Positions 18,358 to 27,591 are shown, numbered from the stretch's first letter. The stretch: DNA of 57,885 bases from Candidatus Micrarchaeota archaeon (GCA_021812145.1 JAKAOM010000004.1:1-57885); one strand, 5' to 3'. Notes: generated by a model from the letters alone, not told the origin. Made by a program: numbers and translations.

Positions 18358-18398
18358 TATAAATAAATAAACATTTTTAAAAAAATAAGGTGAGTTGA

Positions 18399-18626
18399 AT
18401 GGTTACTATGACTCTTGCTGTTCCAGCAGAGCTTAAGATCAAAATGGATTTCTTCCCTGAGATTAATTGGTCTGAAGTCGCCAGGCAAGCATTCGCTCAG
18501 AAGGTTGATGAACTGCAGTTTTTAAAAAATTTAAAGAAGAACAGTTCATTAACGGAGGGTGAGGCTTTGTTGTTGGGCGATAGGGTAAGCAGAAAACTTG
18601 CAAAAAGGCTGCTGGAAAAAAGTTGA
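18399..18626 (+). CDS. Ribbon-helix-helix-type antitoxin (VapB-like)
   Basis: MVTMTLAVPAELK..M..FPEINWSEVARQA; directly upstream of a PIN gene. Confidence 0.8.
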   Translation: MVTMTLAVPAELKIKMDFFPEINWSEVARQAFAQKVDELQFLKNLKKNSSLTEGEALLLGDRVSRKLAKRLLEKS

Positions 18627-18631
18627 GTTTG

Positions 18632-19027
18632 ATGGATTTAGTGGTGGATGCAAATATTCTTTTTGCAGTGCTAGTAAAAGAAGGCATTACTGAAGAGCTT
18701 CTGTTTAAGAATGATTTTCGCTTGTTTGCGCCAGAGTTTATCTTTGAAGAGTTTGAAAAGTATAGAAAACTTCTAGAGAAAAAAACAAAAAGGACTGAAA
18801 GCGATTTTAATTTGTTGTTGGAAATCCTGCAAAAAAGAATAACGCTGATTCCAAATGAAGAGCTGAGACCTTTCATTGAAAAATCAAAGAGAATATCTCC
18901 TGACATAAAAGATGTGGCTTACATTGCATTGGCTTTGAAATTGAACTGCGCGGTATGATCTAATGACAAAGACCTCAAAAACAAGCAAAAGGTAGTTAGG
19001 GTTTATAACACGATTGAATTGATTTAG
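18632..19027 (+). pseudogene. PIN-domain (VapC-like) toxin interrupted by an in-frame TGA at 18956-18958
   Basis: LVVDANIL, APEFIFEE, D.KD..YIALAL, then CAV*SNDKDLK...VYNT. The family W-S-N-D motif has TGA in place of TGG. Alternative start is TTG 18623. Confidence 0.8.
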
Positions 19028-19039
19028 AAATTATAAAGC

Positions 19040-20929
19040 TTATTTCAGCCTCATCGAGTCGAGATTCATTGGTGCGCGCGTTTCGGCGTGCGTTATGTGC
19101 ATGAGTGTTCTTGCGAGCTCGTCGCATTTTGTTTCGTCTCCGTGAAGCGTGAATATTTTCTGAGGTCTTGGTCTAAGGCTTTTTACATAGGAAATTAGCT
19201 CGTTTCTGTCGCTGTGCCCGCTGAACCCTTCTGCCGTGTTGACCTCCATGTTTATTTTCAGAGTTTCAATCTTATTGTTTGCATTTACCAGCGGTATTTC
19301 TTTTTGACCCGACTGTATTTTTCTTCCAAGACTAGTTGCAGCTTGATATCCTACGAATACCAGCGAATTTTTAGGGTCGTGTGAAAGCATTTTTAGGAAT
19401 TCAAGAGAGGTTCCACCGCTAAGCATTCCTGAAGGAGCCAGAATAACGCTAGGCTCGTCGCTTTCAGCTATGTCCTTTCTTTCTTTTGAAACAACGTTTT
19501 TGAAAAGCGGTTTGTCAAAGGGAGAGTTGTTCTGCAGAATTCTCTTTTGTATGTTTTTCCTTAAATATTCCGGATATACTGTGTGGATTGCATTAGCTTC
19601 CCTGCTCATTCCATCTATATACACTATCAAGTCGTTTTCGTTGAAGTGTTCTTCCAGGGTTAGCATTACCTCCTGGCTTCTTCCCACTGCAAAAACCGGT
19701 ATTAAGACTTTTCCTTTTCTTTCTATTGTGCTTTTTATCAGTCTTATGAGTTTTTCGTCTCTTTGTTCTATTCTTGGCTGCATGTCTGTTGGCCCTCCAT
19801 AAGTGCTTTCCATTATCAGCGTTTCAATTCTAGGGAATCGAGTGTCAGCCATGTCGAGAAGCTTTGTCTTTCCGTATTTTATATCTCCAGTCATAACCAG
19901 GTTGTGCTGGCCTTCCCCGAAGTTGAAGTGTACTTGCGCTCCCCCTAATATGTGCCCTGCGTTGTGGAATGTGAATTTAACGTCAGATGTTACATCTGTT
20001 ATTTCTCCGTAGTCCCTTGTTATAACATGTTGCAATTCCTTTTTAATGTCCTTTTCAGAGTATGGGCTTGAGCCGAATTCAGAGTTCATTACTTTTATAG
20101 CATCTTCCTGAAGAAGAATTGAAAGGTCCCTTGTTGGCGGCGTGCAGTATAACGGTCCTTCATAGCCGTAGGCGTACAGGTATGGAACAAATCCTGAATG
20201 GTCAAGGTGGGCGTGTGTTAGTATAACCGCGTCTATTTGGTCAAGGGAAAGGTTCATTGTGTTTAGATAGGGGTATGCTTTAGCTTTGTCTGTATTGTCG
20301 GTGTTTATTCCACAGTCTATTATTATATTGCTGTTTGGTGTTTGCAGTAGAGTTGAGCTTCTTCCCACTTCTTTGTATCCTCCAAGAGCGGTTATTTTCA
20401 CCCAATCGCAGTTTGCGTTTCCGTTCAACAGTTTTTTGCCTGTTTGAAGCATGAATTTTTTCCTTTCCTCAGCATGGTTGTAAAGCGAGTTTCTTATGGC
20501 TTTTTCAACCTCGCTTGGGCTTGTAGGTGTTCTAAGTATTTTAGGCGTCCAGCCTGTTTGCGTTATTATTTCCTTTAAGACTATCCCCTGTTTTCCTATA
20601 ACCACGCCTGGTTTGAGCGCGTCTATTATTATTTCGTTGAAGTTTGGATCGAATTTAAGGTCTGAAACCCCTGCTTCTGGAGGGATTATCTTCTTTATTT
20701 TTTCAATAGCTTCGTCCGGAGGGGTGAGTTCTGACGAGTCTGTCCTTAGTGTTACTTTTTTCTTTAGCGCGGCTGCTATTTTTGTTATTATCGTGTGGTC
20801 TTCGTAGAATGGCTTTAGGCTTTTAAGGTAAAGCACCAGTTGCGGGCCTTCCATTTCTATTTTTGTTAGTTCGCACTGGGGGGCTATTAATTGTCTTATT
20901 TCTTCTTCTACTTCCTTCAGATTTTTCAA
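19040..20929 (-). CDS. fttA: aCPSF1/FttA KH-domain beta-CASP ribonuclease (transcription termination factor)
   Basis: N-terminal KH domains (KPGVVIG); GG..EVGRS, THAHLDH, AGHILG, ESTYG and FSGHSD motifs; adjacent to psmB. Confidence 0.95.
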   Translation of the reverse strand: MKNLKEVEEEIRQLIAPQCELTKIEMEGPQLVLYLKSLKPFYEDHTIITKIAAALKKKVTLRTDSSELTPPDEAIEKIKKIIPPEAGVSDLKFDPNFNEIIIDALKPGVVIGKQGIVLKEIITQTGWTPKILRTPTSPSEVEKAIRNSLYNHAEERKKFMLQTGKKLLNGNANCDWVKITALGGYKEVGRSSTLLQTPNSNIIIDCGINTDNTDKAKAYPYLNTMNLSLDQIDAVILTHAHLDHSGFVPYLYAYGYEGPLYCTPPTRDLSILLQEDAIKVMNSEFGSSPYSEKDIKKELQHVITRDYGEITDVTSDVKFTFHNAGHILGGAQVHFNFGEGQHNLVMTGDIKYGKTKLLDMADTRFPRIETLIMESTYGGPTDMQPRIEQRDEKLIRLIKSTIERKGKVLIPVFAVGRSQEVMLTLEEHFNENDLIVYIDGMSREANAIHTVYPEYLRKNIQKRILQNNSPFDKPLFKNVVSKERKDIAESDEPSVILAPSGMLSGGTSLEFLKMLSHDPKNSLVFVGYQAATSLGRKIQSGQKEIPLVNANNKIETLKINMEVNTAEGFSGHSDRNELISYVKSLRPRPQKIFTLHGDETKCDELARTLMHITHAETRAPMNLDSMRLK

Positions 20930-20974
20930 AGAGTTTAATCCCTTTTTGTTTTTTGTAGTGTTTTTCTTATTTTT

Positions 20975-21592
20975 TTATTTAAAGTAGGTCTGTATTTGTT
21001 GAGCCGTTAGTTTTCTAGCCTTTTTTTGGTCTATTATAACCACGTCCACCCCTTCTCCAGTCGCCGCGTCTCTTTTCATCGCAGCTGTAACCGCTCTCAC
21101 CGCTGTTTTGAGGGCTTCTTCTTCAGTCATTCCCTCTTTGTAGCTATCGTCAAGTATTGCGTAAGCCATCGGGCTTCCAGAACCGGTTGAAGTGTAATTT
21201 TCTTTCATTAATCCTCCTGCAAAGTCTAAATCGAATAGCTGCGGCTTTGTGTCGTAACCGCCTATCATTACCTGCACATAGAAGGGGTAAAATTTTGATT
21301 GTTGAAGTATGTTTGCTAGAAGTGTTGATATTGCCTTTACAGAAGGGGCTTTTCCTTTTTTGTACTTGTACAATTCTATCTCTGCTTTTAAGTATCTTTG
21401 AAGCGCTTGATTATCTCCAACTCCTCCTGCCATTGTCATTGCGATGCTGTCTGATAATATCTGTATTTTTTCAACTGTTTTTGACGCTATGAAGTATTCC
21501 ATTGAAGCTCTTTTGTCTGCGGCTAGAATAACACCATTGTTGTAGGTTATTCCTACGGTTGTAGTTCCTTTAAGTATTTTATTTTCGTCCAT
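20975..21592 (-). CDS. psmB: Proteasome beta subunit
   Basis: Propeptide ending KG|TTTVG; AADKRAS, GSGS and RDAATG motifs. Confidence 0.95.
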   Translation of the reverse strand: MDENKILKGTTTVGITYNNGVILAADKRASMEYFIASKTVEKIQILSDSIAMTMAGGVGDNQALQRYLKAEIELYKYKKGKAPSVKAISTLLANILQQSKFYPFYVQVMIGGYDTKPQLFDLDFAGGLMKENYTSTGSGSPMAYAILDDSYKEGMTEEEALKTAVRAVTAAMKRDAATGEGVDVVIIDQKKARKLTAQQIQTYFK

Positions 21593-21800
21593 TTGTAACC
21601 CATTCCTTTTAGGTTATTTTTAGAATTGCCTCTCTATTGATTTTTAGAGTGATTTAACTTTAATAATAGCAAATTATTTAACTCTTTCGTTGATTTTTGG
21701 GGTTGTTTTTTGTTTGTACGCCGTGTTTTTCTCATTTTTTAGTTTTTTTCATGGATTGCTTTTTATTTTTTCGCTTTCTGTAATTAAGCAGGTGTTTTAT

Positions 21801-22199
21801 ATGAATGGTTACAAGCATGTTTTGAAAAGTTTTCAAAAGAGTTTGAGGGCAAGAAGCGATTCTCTTAAGCAGAGACTTCATGATTGGCGTGGAGAGTCTA
21901 CTGTTGCAAGAGTTGAAGAGCCTTCCAACATTGCCCGAGCGAGAAGCGCTGGTTTTAAAGCCAAGCAGGGTTTTGTTGTTGCAAGAGTTAGAGTAAAGAA
22001 AGGAAAGCTTGTTAGAAGAGCGCCTAGGCAGGGAAGGAAGCCTGGAAGGAACAGAAAAACCCAGTCTTCTGGAATGGGTTTGAAGAGAGTTGCTGAAATA
22101 AAGGCGGGCTTGAAGTTTCCTAATCTAAGTGTTGTTAATTCTTATCTGGCCGGAGAGGACGGGCAGTTCAAGTTTTTTGAAGTCGTTTTGAAAAAATGA
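21801..22199 (+). CDS. rpl15e: Ribosomal protein eL15 (C-terminally short, 132 aa)
   Basis: W R...RVEEP....ARS.GFKAKQGFVVARVRV, GRKP, FPNL.V.NSY..GEDG..KFFEV; ATG 21801 after AGGTG. Confidence 0.92.
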   Translation: MNGYKHVLKSFQKSLRARSDSLKQRLHDWRGESTVARVEEPSNIARARSAGFKAKQGFVVARVRVKKGKLVRRAPRQGRKPGRNRKTQSSGMGLKRVAEIKAGLKFPNLSVVNSYLAGEDGQFKFFEVVLKK

Positions 22200-22207
22200 A
22201 ATGCTAA

Positions 22208-22639
22208 ATGGATTCGTGCGTTTTCTGCAATGTTTCACTTAAAAGACTAAATCATTTGATTGGAGAGGACGAGTCCAGCATTGCTTTTCTTGACCGAAAC
22301 CCTATAGCGCGCGGCCATGTTTTGGTTATACCAAAAAAGCACGTGGAGAAGGTTGACGAGTTGAGTTCTGAAGAGCTTAGGAATTATTTTGTCTTCATTT
22401 CAAGAGTTGAAAAGGCGGTTATCGAATTTGCAGGCGTTGGTGGTGGTTGCGATATTATAAACCATTATCATCCTTTCCTTGAAGAGAGCGAGTTGGTTAA
22501 AAAGCACCTGCATTTTCATATTATCCCAAGACATTTTAACGACGGTGTTTTTAGGGGCGAGCGGTTGAGTCTGAGCGATGATGAAATGAAAGCTATTGCT
22601 TTGAAGCTTTCTAGTATTTTGAAAAATCAGCGGGATTGA
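22208..22639 (+). CDS. HIT-family nucleotide hydrolase
   Basis: CVFC, AFLD..P...GHVLVIPKKH and HLHFHIIPR motifs. Confidence 0.92.
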   Translation: MDSCVFCNVSLKRLNHLIGEDESSIAFLDRNPIARGHVLVIPKKHVEKVDELSSEELRNYFVFISRVEKAVIEFAGVGGGCDIINHYHPFLEESELVKKHLHFHIIPRHFNDGVFRGERLSLSDDEMKAIALKLSSILKNQRD

Positions 22640-23295
22640 AATCCTTTTTTGAACTTTAATTTTTTGACGTAATTTTCTATATTTTCAGCTTCGCTTTGTT
22701 TTTGTCTGACTAGCTCTTCTGGATTCATCTTTGATTTCATCATTTTATGCAGCCTTATTTCATCATCATGAAGGTCTAGTATGCCGTAAGCTTCTGCGGC
22801 TAGGTTATAAAGCTGAAGTTCTTCAAATCTTTTTGGTGCTTCCCTTCTGTCTTTTGAGAAGTTCCATGCGATAAGCGCTTTCTGAAAACTTTCATTTCGT
22901 ATTTCATCAATCCAATTATCCAAGTGATTCCAAAAATGGCGATCGGTTGGCGGGTAAGTTATAGGATTGAGCGTATCTCCAATTTTATATGATTTTGATG
23001 ATAGTGCAACAAGTTTTTTTTCTGAGAGTGTTTTGTATATTATTCCAACTAAACGGTCTTCTTTTTCCTCACTTATGTTTTTTGACACAAAATTGCTTCT
23101 CATTTCTTCAAGAATCGCGCTTATTTTCCTGTATTTATCATATTCCCTGCTTTTTGTTGGTAATTTTGATTTTTCATCTATCTGCCTTTTTATATAGGCG
23201 ATGAATCTTTCCCTTGCAGCAGAGGTTGGAAGTTCATTTACCTTTTTCAATTCGCTTCTTATTCTTTGAATATCCTGAATTACTTTTTCAACCAT
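22627..23295 (-). CDS. Hypothetical protein (222 aa)
   Basis: Long AT-rich ORF, charged and helical; no motif recognised. Confidence 0.7.
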   Translation of the reverse strand: MVEKVIQDIQRIRSELKKVNELPTSAARERFIAYIKRQIDEKSKLPTKSREYDKYRKISAILEEMRSNFVSKNISEEKEDRLVGIIYKTLSEKKLVALSSKSYKIGDTLNPITYPPTDRHFWNHLDNWIDEIRNESFQKALIAWNFSKDRREAPKRFEELQLYNLAAEAYGILDLHDDEIRLHKMMKSKMNPEELVRQKQSEAENIENYVKKLKFKKGFQSR

Positions 23296-23400
23296 GCCTT
23301 TTTATAGTAAGGGTTTAATTTTTTATATTTTGCGTTTTTAAACTTTAAAAGTTAAATCAGCAGAAAAAGCTTTTAAGTTTAAACTTTTTAATCTTTGCAG

Positions 23401-23472
23401 GGGCTCATAGTCGAATGGTAAGACGTTCGCTTGACGTGCGAGAGACTGGGAGTTCGATTCTCCCTGAGCCCA
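23401..23472 (+). tRNA. tRNA-Val(GAC), intronless, CCA not encoded
   Basis: GGGCTCA/TGAGCCC plus A73; anticodon arm TTCGC-TTGACGT-GCGAG; T-arm GGGAG-TTCGATT-CTCCC; TTTTAAG about 30 nt upstream. Confidence 0.95.
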
Positions 23473-23494
23473 TTCTAAAATAAGGCGGGTTTTC

Positions 23495-24139
23495 ATGATA
23501 GACAAATCAACTATAAACAAAATGATAAAACTCGCGGAAAAGCACAACGTTAGAAGCGATCCTTCCCATGATATAACTCATTTGAAACGGGTATTGGCAA
23601 ACGCGGTTTTTATAGCTTCAAAAGAGGGGGCAGATTTGGATGTGGTGGTACCTGCTGCCATATTCCATGACCTTATAACCTATAGAAAGGATGACAAACG
23701 CTCAAAAAACGCTCAGGCAGAAAGCGCTAGGCTTGCTGGAAGGATTCTAAAAAGGATGGGATTCAAAAAACAAAAAATAAAAAGCATAGAGTACGCCATA
23801 GAGGTTTGCTCGTTTTCAAAAAACATAAAGCCCAAGACGCTTGAAGCGAAAGTGTTGCAGGACGCGGATCTTCTTGAGGCAACCGGTGCAATATCTATTA
23901 TGAGGACTTTCGCTTCTTCAGGCGTCATGCAGAGAGCGTTTTACAACGAACGGGACCCTTTCTGCAAAAATAGAAAGCCGAACTCTCTGAATTACTCTGT
24001 TGACTTGTTTTATGACAGGCTGCTAATCGCAAGAGGCAGAATGCACACCAAAACAGCGAAGAATCTTGCGTTAAAAAGAACGAAATTCCTTATAGAATTT
24101 ATAAAGCAATTAAAACGCGAGTTGAGGGTATTCAGTTAA
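23495..24139 (+). CDS. HD-domain phosphohydrolase (YedJ-like)
   Basis: DPSHD..H..RV, AIFHD, LQDAD.L...GA and HT.TA motifs. Confidence 0.88.
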   Translation: MIDKSTINKMIKLAEKHNVRSDPSHDITHLKRVLANAVFIASKEGADLDVVVPAAIFHDLITYRKDDKRSKNAQAESARLAGRILKRMGFKKQKIKSIEYAIEVCSFSKNIKPKTLEAKVLQDADLLEATGAISIMRTFASSGVMQRAFYNERDPFCKNRKPNSLNYSVDLFYDRLLIARGRMHTKTAKNLALKRTKFLIEFIKQLKRELRVFS

Positions 24140-24179
24140 AACAAAGCTTTTAATTTCTTTGCTCCGCCTTATTTAGGTC

Positions 24180-24734
24180 ATGGAGAGGGTTCCGACTGAC
24201 GCCGAGTTTGTTTCGTTTCTTGGAAAGACTGTTAGGTGGAGAAATTCTGAGAACAAGCCGGATGCTGCTTCAAGAAGTATAAGCACGCTGCACTTCATGG
24301 GAAATATCGCAAACTCCAGCCCAAGTGGTTCTGCAAGAAGGGAGTGGGTAAAGCAGATGAAGTTTATCTCGACAAAGCATCCTGACGAGGTTGTAAGAAA
24401 GGAAGCCAGCAGAATGCTGAAAGTCGATCATAGGGTTAGTGAAAAATCTGTTTTGGAGAGACTAGTGCTTCTCAACGCCGCGGTGATGTCGGTTCACGGG
24501 CAGTTTGGTTCGAAGGCTGTTTCAGAGGATTGGATAGAGAAGCGGGGTTTGCCTTACATGAAGGATATAATCTGGAAGGGGGTAAGAAAGAATGATAAAA
24601 CCTTCAGCAAGGGTTTGAATTATCTCAAGAACATAGAGCAGAAGCACTATTCTAAAAAAATCAAGGAAAATGCAAGGATAGCGCGCAACAGTATTCAAGG
24701 GTATGTTAATGCTGTCAAGCGCTCTCAAGATTAA
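24180..24734 (+). CDS. Hypothetical basic helical protein (possible HEAT-like motifs)
   Basis: 184-aa ORF containing KHPDEVVRKEA and YLKNIEQKH...IKENA. Confidence 0.7.
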   Translation: MERVPTDAEFVSFLGKTVRWRNSENKPDAASRSISTLHFMGNIANSSPSGSARREWVKQMKFISTKHPDEVVRKEASRMLKVDHRVSEKSVLERLVLLNAAVMSVHGQFGSKAVSEDWIEKRGLPYMKDIIWKGVRKNDKTFSKGLNYLKNIEQKHYSKKIKENARIARNSIQGYVNAVKRSQD

Positions 24735-24774
24735 ACCAGCAGGTTAAAATAACGCCTGATTTTAATATTTTATA

Positions 24775-25323
24775 ATGAACGCTAAATCGAATCGTAAGAG
24801 CTTTTTGGATTTTGCAAGGTTGAGGAAAACAACCTACGAGTTCAGCGAAAGGAAAGTTAAAAGCAGCGATGTCCGCAAGATTCTAGAAGCAGGCAGGTGG
24901 GCTCCAAGTCCTATAAACTCGCAGCCGTGGCGTTTCATCGTGGTTAGGAAAAAAAGCAAAATAAGCAGACTTGTGGAAAACGCTTTCTATGGGTACTTTC
25001 ACACAGCGCCAAGCGTGATAATAGCTCTGGTTCTAAAAAAGGAAAGCTGGAAGGGCACTCATAGGGGGGTTAAGAACGGCAAGCTTGGTCTTTATGAGGC
25101 TTATCTTAGCATGGCAATGCCTGCCTTGAGTATGGTTTATGAGTCGCTTGATCTTGGGATAGACTCCTGTCTTCTCACTCCAAACCCTGAGAGCGTTTCA
25201 AGAATACTTAGGCTCGAGGGTGACTCAGTTCCATTGATGGTTGGCTTTGGGTACGAGAAAAAGGGCGTATTTCAGAGGGTAAGGGGGAGAAAGAGTATTG
25301 ACGAGTTGACTTCCTATGATTAG
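24775..25323 (+). CDS. Nitroreductase family protein
   Basis: R.T..EF, ILEAGRWAPS..NSQPWRFIVV, LGIDSC and GFGY motifs. Confidence 0.92.
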   Translation: MNAKSNRKSFLDFARLRKTTYEFSERKVKSSDVRKILEAGRWAPSPINSQPWRFIVVRKKSKISRLVENAFYGYFHTAPSVIIALVLKKESWKGTHRGVKNGKLGLYEAYLSMAMPALSMVYESLDLGIDSCLLTPNPESVSRILRLEGDSVPLMVGFGYEKKGVFQRVRGRKSIDELTSYD

Positions 25324-25335
25324 AGGCGGTGCTGC

Positions 25336-25908
25336 GTGAAGGTCGCAAGGGCTTTGTCAGAATCGTCAAGAGGGCGTCGCGAGGTTAGGAAAGTAAGGCT
25401 TTTCATGGTAAAGGGAGGGGATTACCTGAAGGAAAGGCGGTTAGTTCTAAAAGAACTTGTCAATTCAATGAACGTCTATGGGGTTTACGTTACGCTCAGC
25501 ACGCCGTACGCAACGCTGTACAGTGATCTGAAAAAGGACGGGGTTGACGTTTCAAGGTTGTTTTTCATAGACTGCATCACTAAGTATAGCGGGTCAAACC
25601 CCAAACCTTTGAACAATTGTTCGTTTACAGACAATCAGACGCTGGCCGAGATGTCCATTTCCATAGCGGACCTTATGAACAACGGAAGCTACAATTTTGT
25701 GTTCTTTGACTCCATGACAACGCTTTTGTTATACAACAGTGTTGATTCCGCGGAGAAGTTCCTTCACTATCTGATAAACAAGCTGAGGGACTTGGGGGTA
25801 GGTATGTGCATAATTGCGGTTGACGACGAGAAGTCTAGGGAGGCTGCCAACGTTATATCTCAGTTCTGCGACGAGTTCGTGGACATGACTCGCGGTCGCA
25901 TGAAATAG
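25336..25908 (+). CDS. KaiC/RAD55-like RecA-fold protein, apparently lacking Walker A
   Basis: GVYVTL..PY..L, LFFIDC, FVFFDSMTTLLLYN and ISQFCD motifs; start position uncertain. Confidence 0.7.
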   Translation: MKVARALSESSRGRREVRKVRLFMVKGGDYLKERRLVLKELVNSMNVYGVYVTLSTPYATLYSDLKKDGVDVSRLFFIDCITKYSGSNPKPLNNCSFTDNQTLAEMSISIADLMNNGSYNFVFFDSMTTLLLYNSVDSAEKFLHYLINKLRDLGVGMCIIAVDDEKSREAANVISQFCDEFVDMTRGRMK

Positions 25909-25920
25909 GTTTGGCGACGG

Positions 25921-25936
25921 CGAAAGACTTATATAT
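25921..25936 (+). promoter_or_regulatory. BRE-TATA promoter of the ribosomal protein cluster
   Basis: CGAAAGAC-TTATATAT, with the TATA about 50 nt upstream of the aIF1 ATG; GAGGA SD-like site before the start. Confidence 0.7.
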
Positions 25937-25979
25937 TTAACTTGTTTAAACTTCATTTGTTTTAGAGGATTTAAAAAAA

Positions 25980-26282
25980 ATGGTTGGTATTTGTCCTAAG
26001 TGCGGTTTGCCTTTAGATATATGCGCTTGTAAGAGCATTCAGAAAAGCGATGAGTCTATAAAGGTTTATTCGACGAAGAAAAAATTCAACAAGTATGTCA
26101 CCATGATTGAGGGTTTAAGCGGTGAGGAATTGAAAAACACTGCAAAAAGCCTTAAGCACAAACTCGCCACGGGCGGGACGGTGAAGGATGGTTTGATTAT
26201 TCTTCAGGGAGACCAGAAAAAAAGAACGGTCGAAGCTTTGGTAAGTTTCGGTTTTTCAAGGGATAATATTAAGTCATCATGA
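25980..26282 (+). CDS. sui1: Translation initiation factor aIF1 (SUI1)
   Basis: CPKCGLPLDIC.C, K.VT.IEG and LK.KLATGGTVK.G.I.LQGD motifs. Confidence 0.93.
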   Translation: MVGICPKCGLPLDICACKSIQKSDESIKVYSTKKKFNKYVTMIEGLSGEELKNTAKSLKHKLATGGTVKDGLIILQGDQKKRTVEALVSFGFSRDNIKSS

Positions 26283-26548
26283 GCGAAACTCAGCCTGTTT
26301 CCGTTCGAAAGCAGCTTGCAAGGTTATGGATAGGGGAAAAGGTAAAGGTTGTTGAAAGCAGCTGCAAAGAATTGGAAGGTTTTGAGGGTTTGGTCGTTGA
26401 CGAGAGAAAAAATGTTTTCATTCTCGAAACGAAGAAAGGCTTGAAGACGATTCCTAAAAAGAATTGTCTTTTTGAATTGAACGGAGTCGTTTTTGACGGT
26501 TCTGTTTTATGCGTTAAGCCCGAGGATAAAATAAAGAAGTTTGGTTAA
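26279..26548 (+). CDS. rnp1: Ribonuclease P protein component 1 (Rpp29)
   Basis: IG..VKVV.S....GFEG.VVDE.KN...TIPK...F; conserved position. Confidence 0.88.
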   Translation: MSETQPVSVRKQLARLWIGEKVKVVESSCKELEGFEGLVVDERKNVFILETKKGLKTIPKKNCLFELNGVVFDGSVLCVKPEDKIKKFG

Positions 26549-26550
26549 AA

Positions 26551-26850
26551 ATGTCTGAAAAAGCAGATTGCAATGATTCGAAATGTCCCTTTCATGGGGG
26601 TTTAAAGGTCAGAGGCAGGATTTTGGAAGGAAGGGTTTCCAGCCTTAAGCAGCAGAAAAGCGCTGTGATCGAGGTTGACTACATTGTGGACATGAAGAAG
26701 TTTCAGAGGTTTGAGAAAAGAAGGAGAAAGATTCACGCTCACGTTCCAGACTGCATTAAGCTGAAAGTAGGCAGCTTGGTTGAAATTTCAAGCTGCAGGA
26801 GGCTTAGCAAGACTATAAGTTTCGTGGTCACGAAGGTTTTAAAGGTTTAA
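26551..26850 (+). CDS. rps17: 30S ribosomal protein uS17
   Basis: C.D.KCPFHG.LKVRG, AHVPDC and CRRLSKT motifs. Confidence 0.95.
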   Translation: MSEKADCNDSKCPFHGGLKVRGRILEGRVSSLKQQKSAVIEVDYIVDMKKFQRFEKRRRKIHAHVPDCIKLKVGSLVEISSCRRLSKTISFVVTKVLKV

Positions 26851-26869
26851 TATTTTTGGTGTTTTTGAA

Positions 26870-27268
26870 ATGTTTGGTTTAACTGCAAAAGTAACAAAAG
26901 GGCTGTCCCCTAACAGCGTGCTTAATTGCGACGACAACAGCGGTGCAAAGAAAGTTGTTTTTGTCGGAGTTAAAGGGATTAGAAGCAGCAGGGCCAGGAG
27001 AAATCCCAGGGCGGGTGTTGCTAACTTGATTGTTGTTTATGTAAGGACTGGAAAGAGAGAATTGATAAGCAAGAAACACTTGGCGGTTATAACAAGGCAG
27101 AAGAAAGAGTTCAGGAGAGGTTTGGAAAGGGTCAAGTTCGAGGATAATGCTTGCGTTTTGGTTAACGATGACGGGTTGCCGGTAGGCACTGAAATAAAAG
27201 GTTGCGTGGCCAGGGAAGTTGCTGAAAGATTTCCAAAAGTTGTCACGATCGCCCAGGCGGTGGTTTGA
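26870..27268 (+). CDS. rpl14: 50S ribosomal protein uL14
   Basis: DNSGAK, RQKKEFRR, FEDNA and GTEIKG.VARE motifs. Confidence 0.96.
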   Translation: MFGLTAKVTKGLSPNSVLNCDDNSGAKKVVFVGVKGIRSSRARRNPRAGVANLIVVYVRTGKRELISKKHLAVITRQKKEFRRGLERVKFEDNACVLVNDDGLPVGTEIKGCVAREVAERFPKVVTIAQAVV

Positions 27269-27270
27269 AA

Positions 27271-27585
27271 ATGATTGACTCCAAGCAGCCTAGAAAGAAA
27301 AGAAAATTCGCGTACACTGCGCCTCTTCACTTGGCTAGGGGTTTTGTTTCAGCTCACCTTTCAAAGGAGTTGAGGGAAAAATTGAAGAAGAGAAGCGTGG
27401 TTTTGAAGAAGGGTTTCACAGTCAAAATTTCAAGAGGGTCAAAGAAAGGGGTTAGCGCTAAAGTAGTCAAGGTTGATTTGGGCGCCAGGAGAATTTTCCT
27501 AGAAGGAATGATCAAGAAGAAGCAGGGTGGAAAGGAGGTTTTGATTCCCTTTGATTCTTCGAATTTAATTGTGGTTTCAACGTGA
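27271..27585 (+). CDS. rpl24: 50S ribosomal protein uL24
   Basis: SKQPRK.RK...APLH and LSKELR motifs; KOW region. Alternative start is TTG 27265. Confidence 0.94.
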   Translation: MIDSKQPRKKRKFAYTAPLHLARGFVSAHLSKELREKLKKRSVVLKKGFTVKISRGSKKGVSAKVVKVDLGARRIFLEGMIKKKQGGKEVLIPFDSSNLIVVST

Positions 27586-27591
27586 TTTTTT

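Noticed and set aside
18956..18958. Genome-wide TGA-to-Trp recoding, suggested by the TGA at a Trp position in the PIN gene
   Set aside because: TGA ends conserved genes at their expected C-termini (uL14, uS14, uL15), and Trp is encoded by TGG elsewhere.
22197..22250. Readthrough of the eL15 stop into NAKWIRAF, faintly like the missing WI segment
   Set aside because: The DPxHP and RGLT motifs are absent, and this sequence is the start of the HIT gene in another frame.
23401..25920. Integrated mobile element at tRNA-Val
   Set aside because: No integrase or transposase, and no duplicated tRNA 3' end was seen. Kept only as a weak compositional observation.
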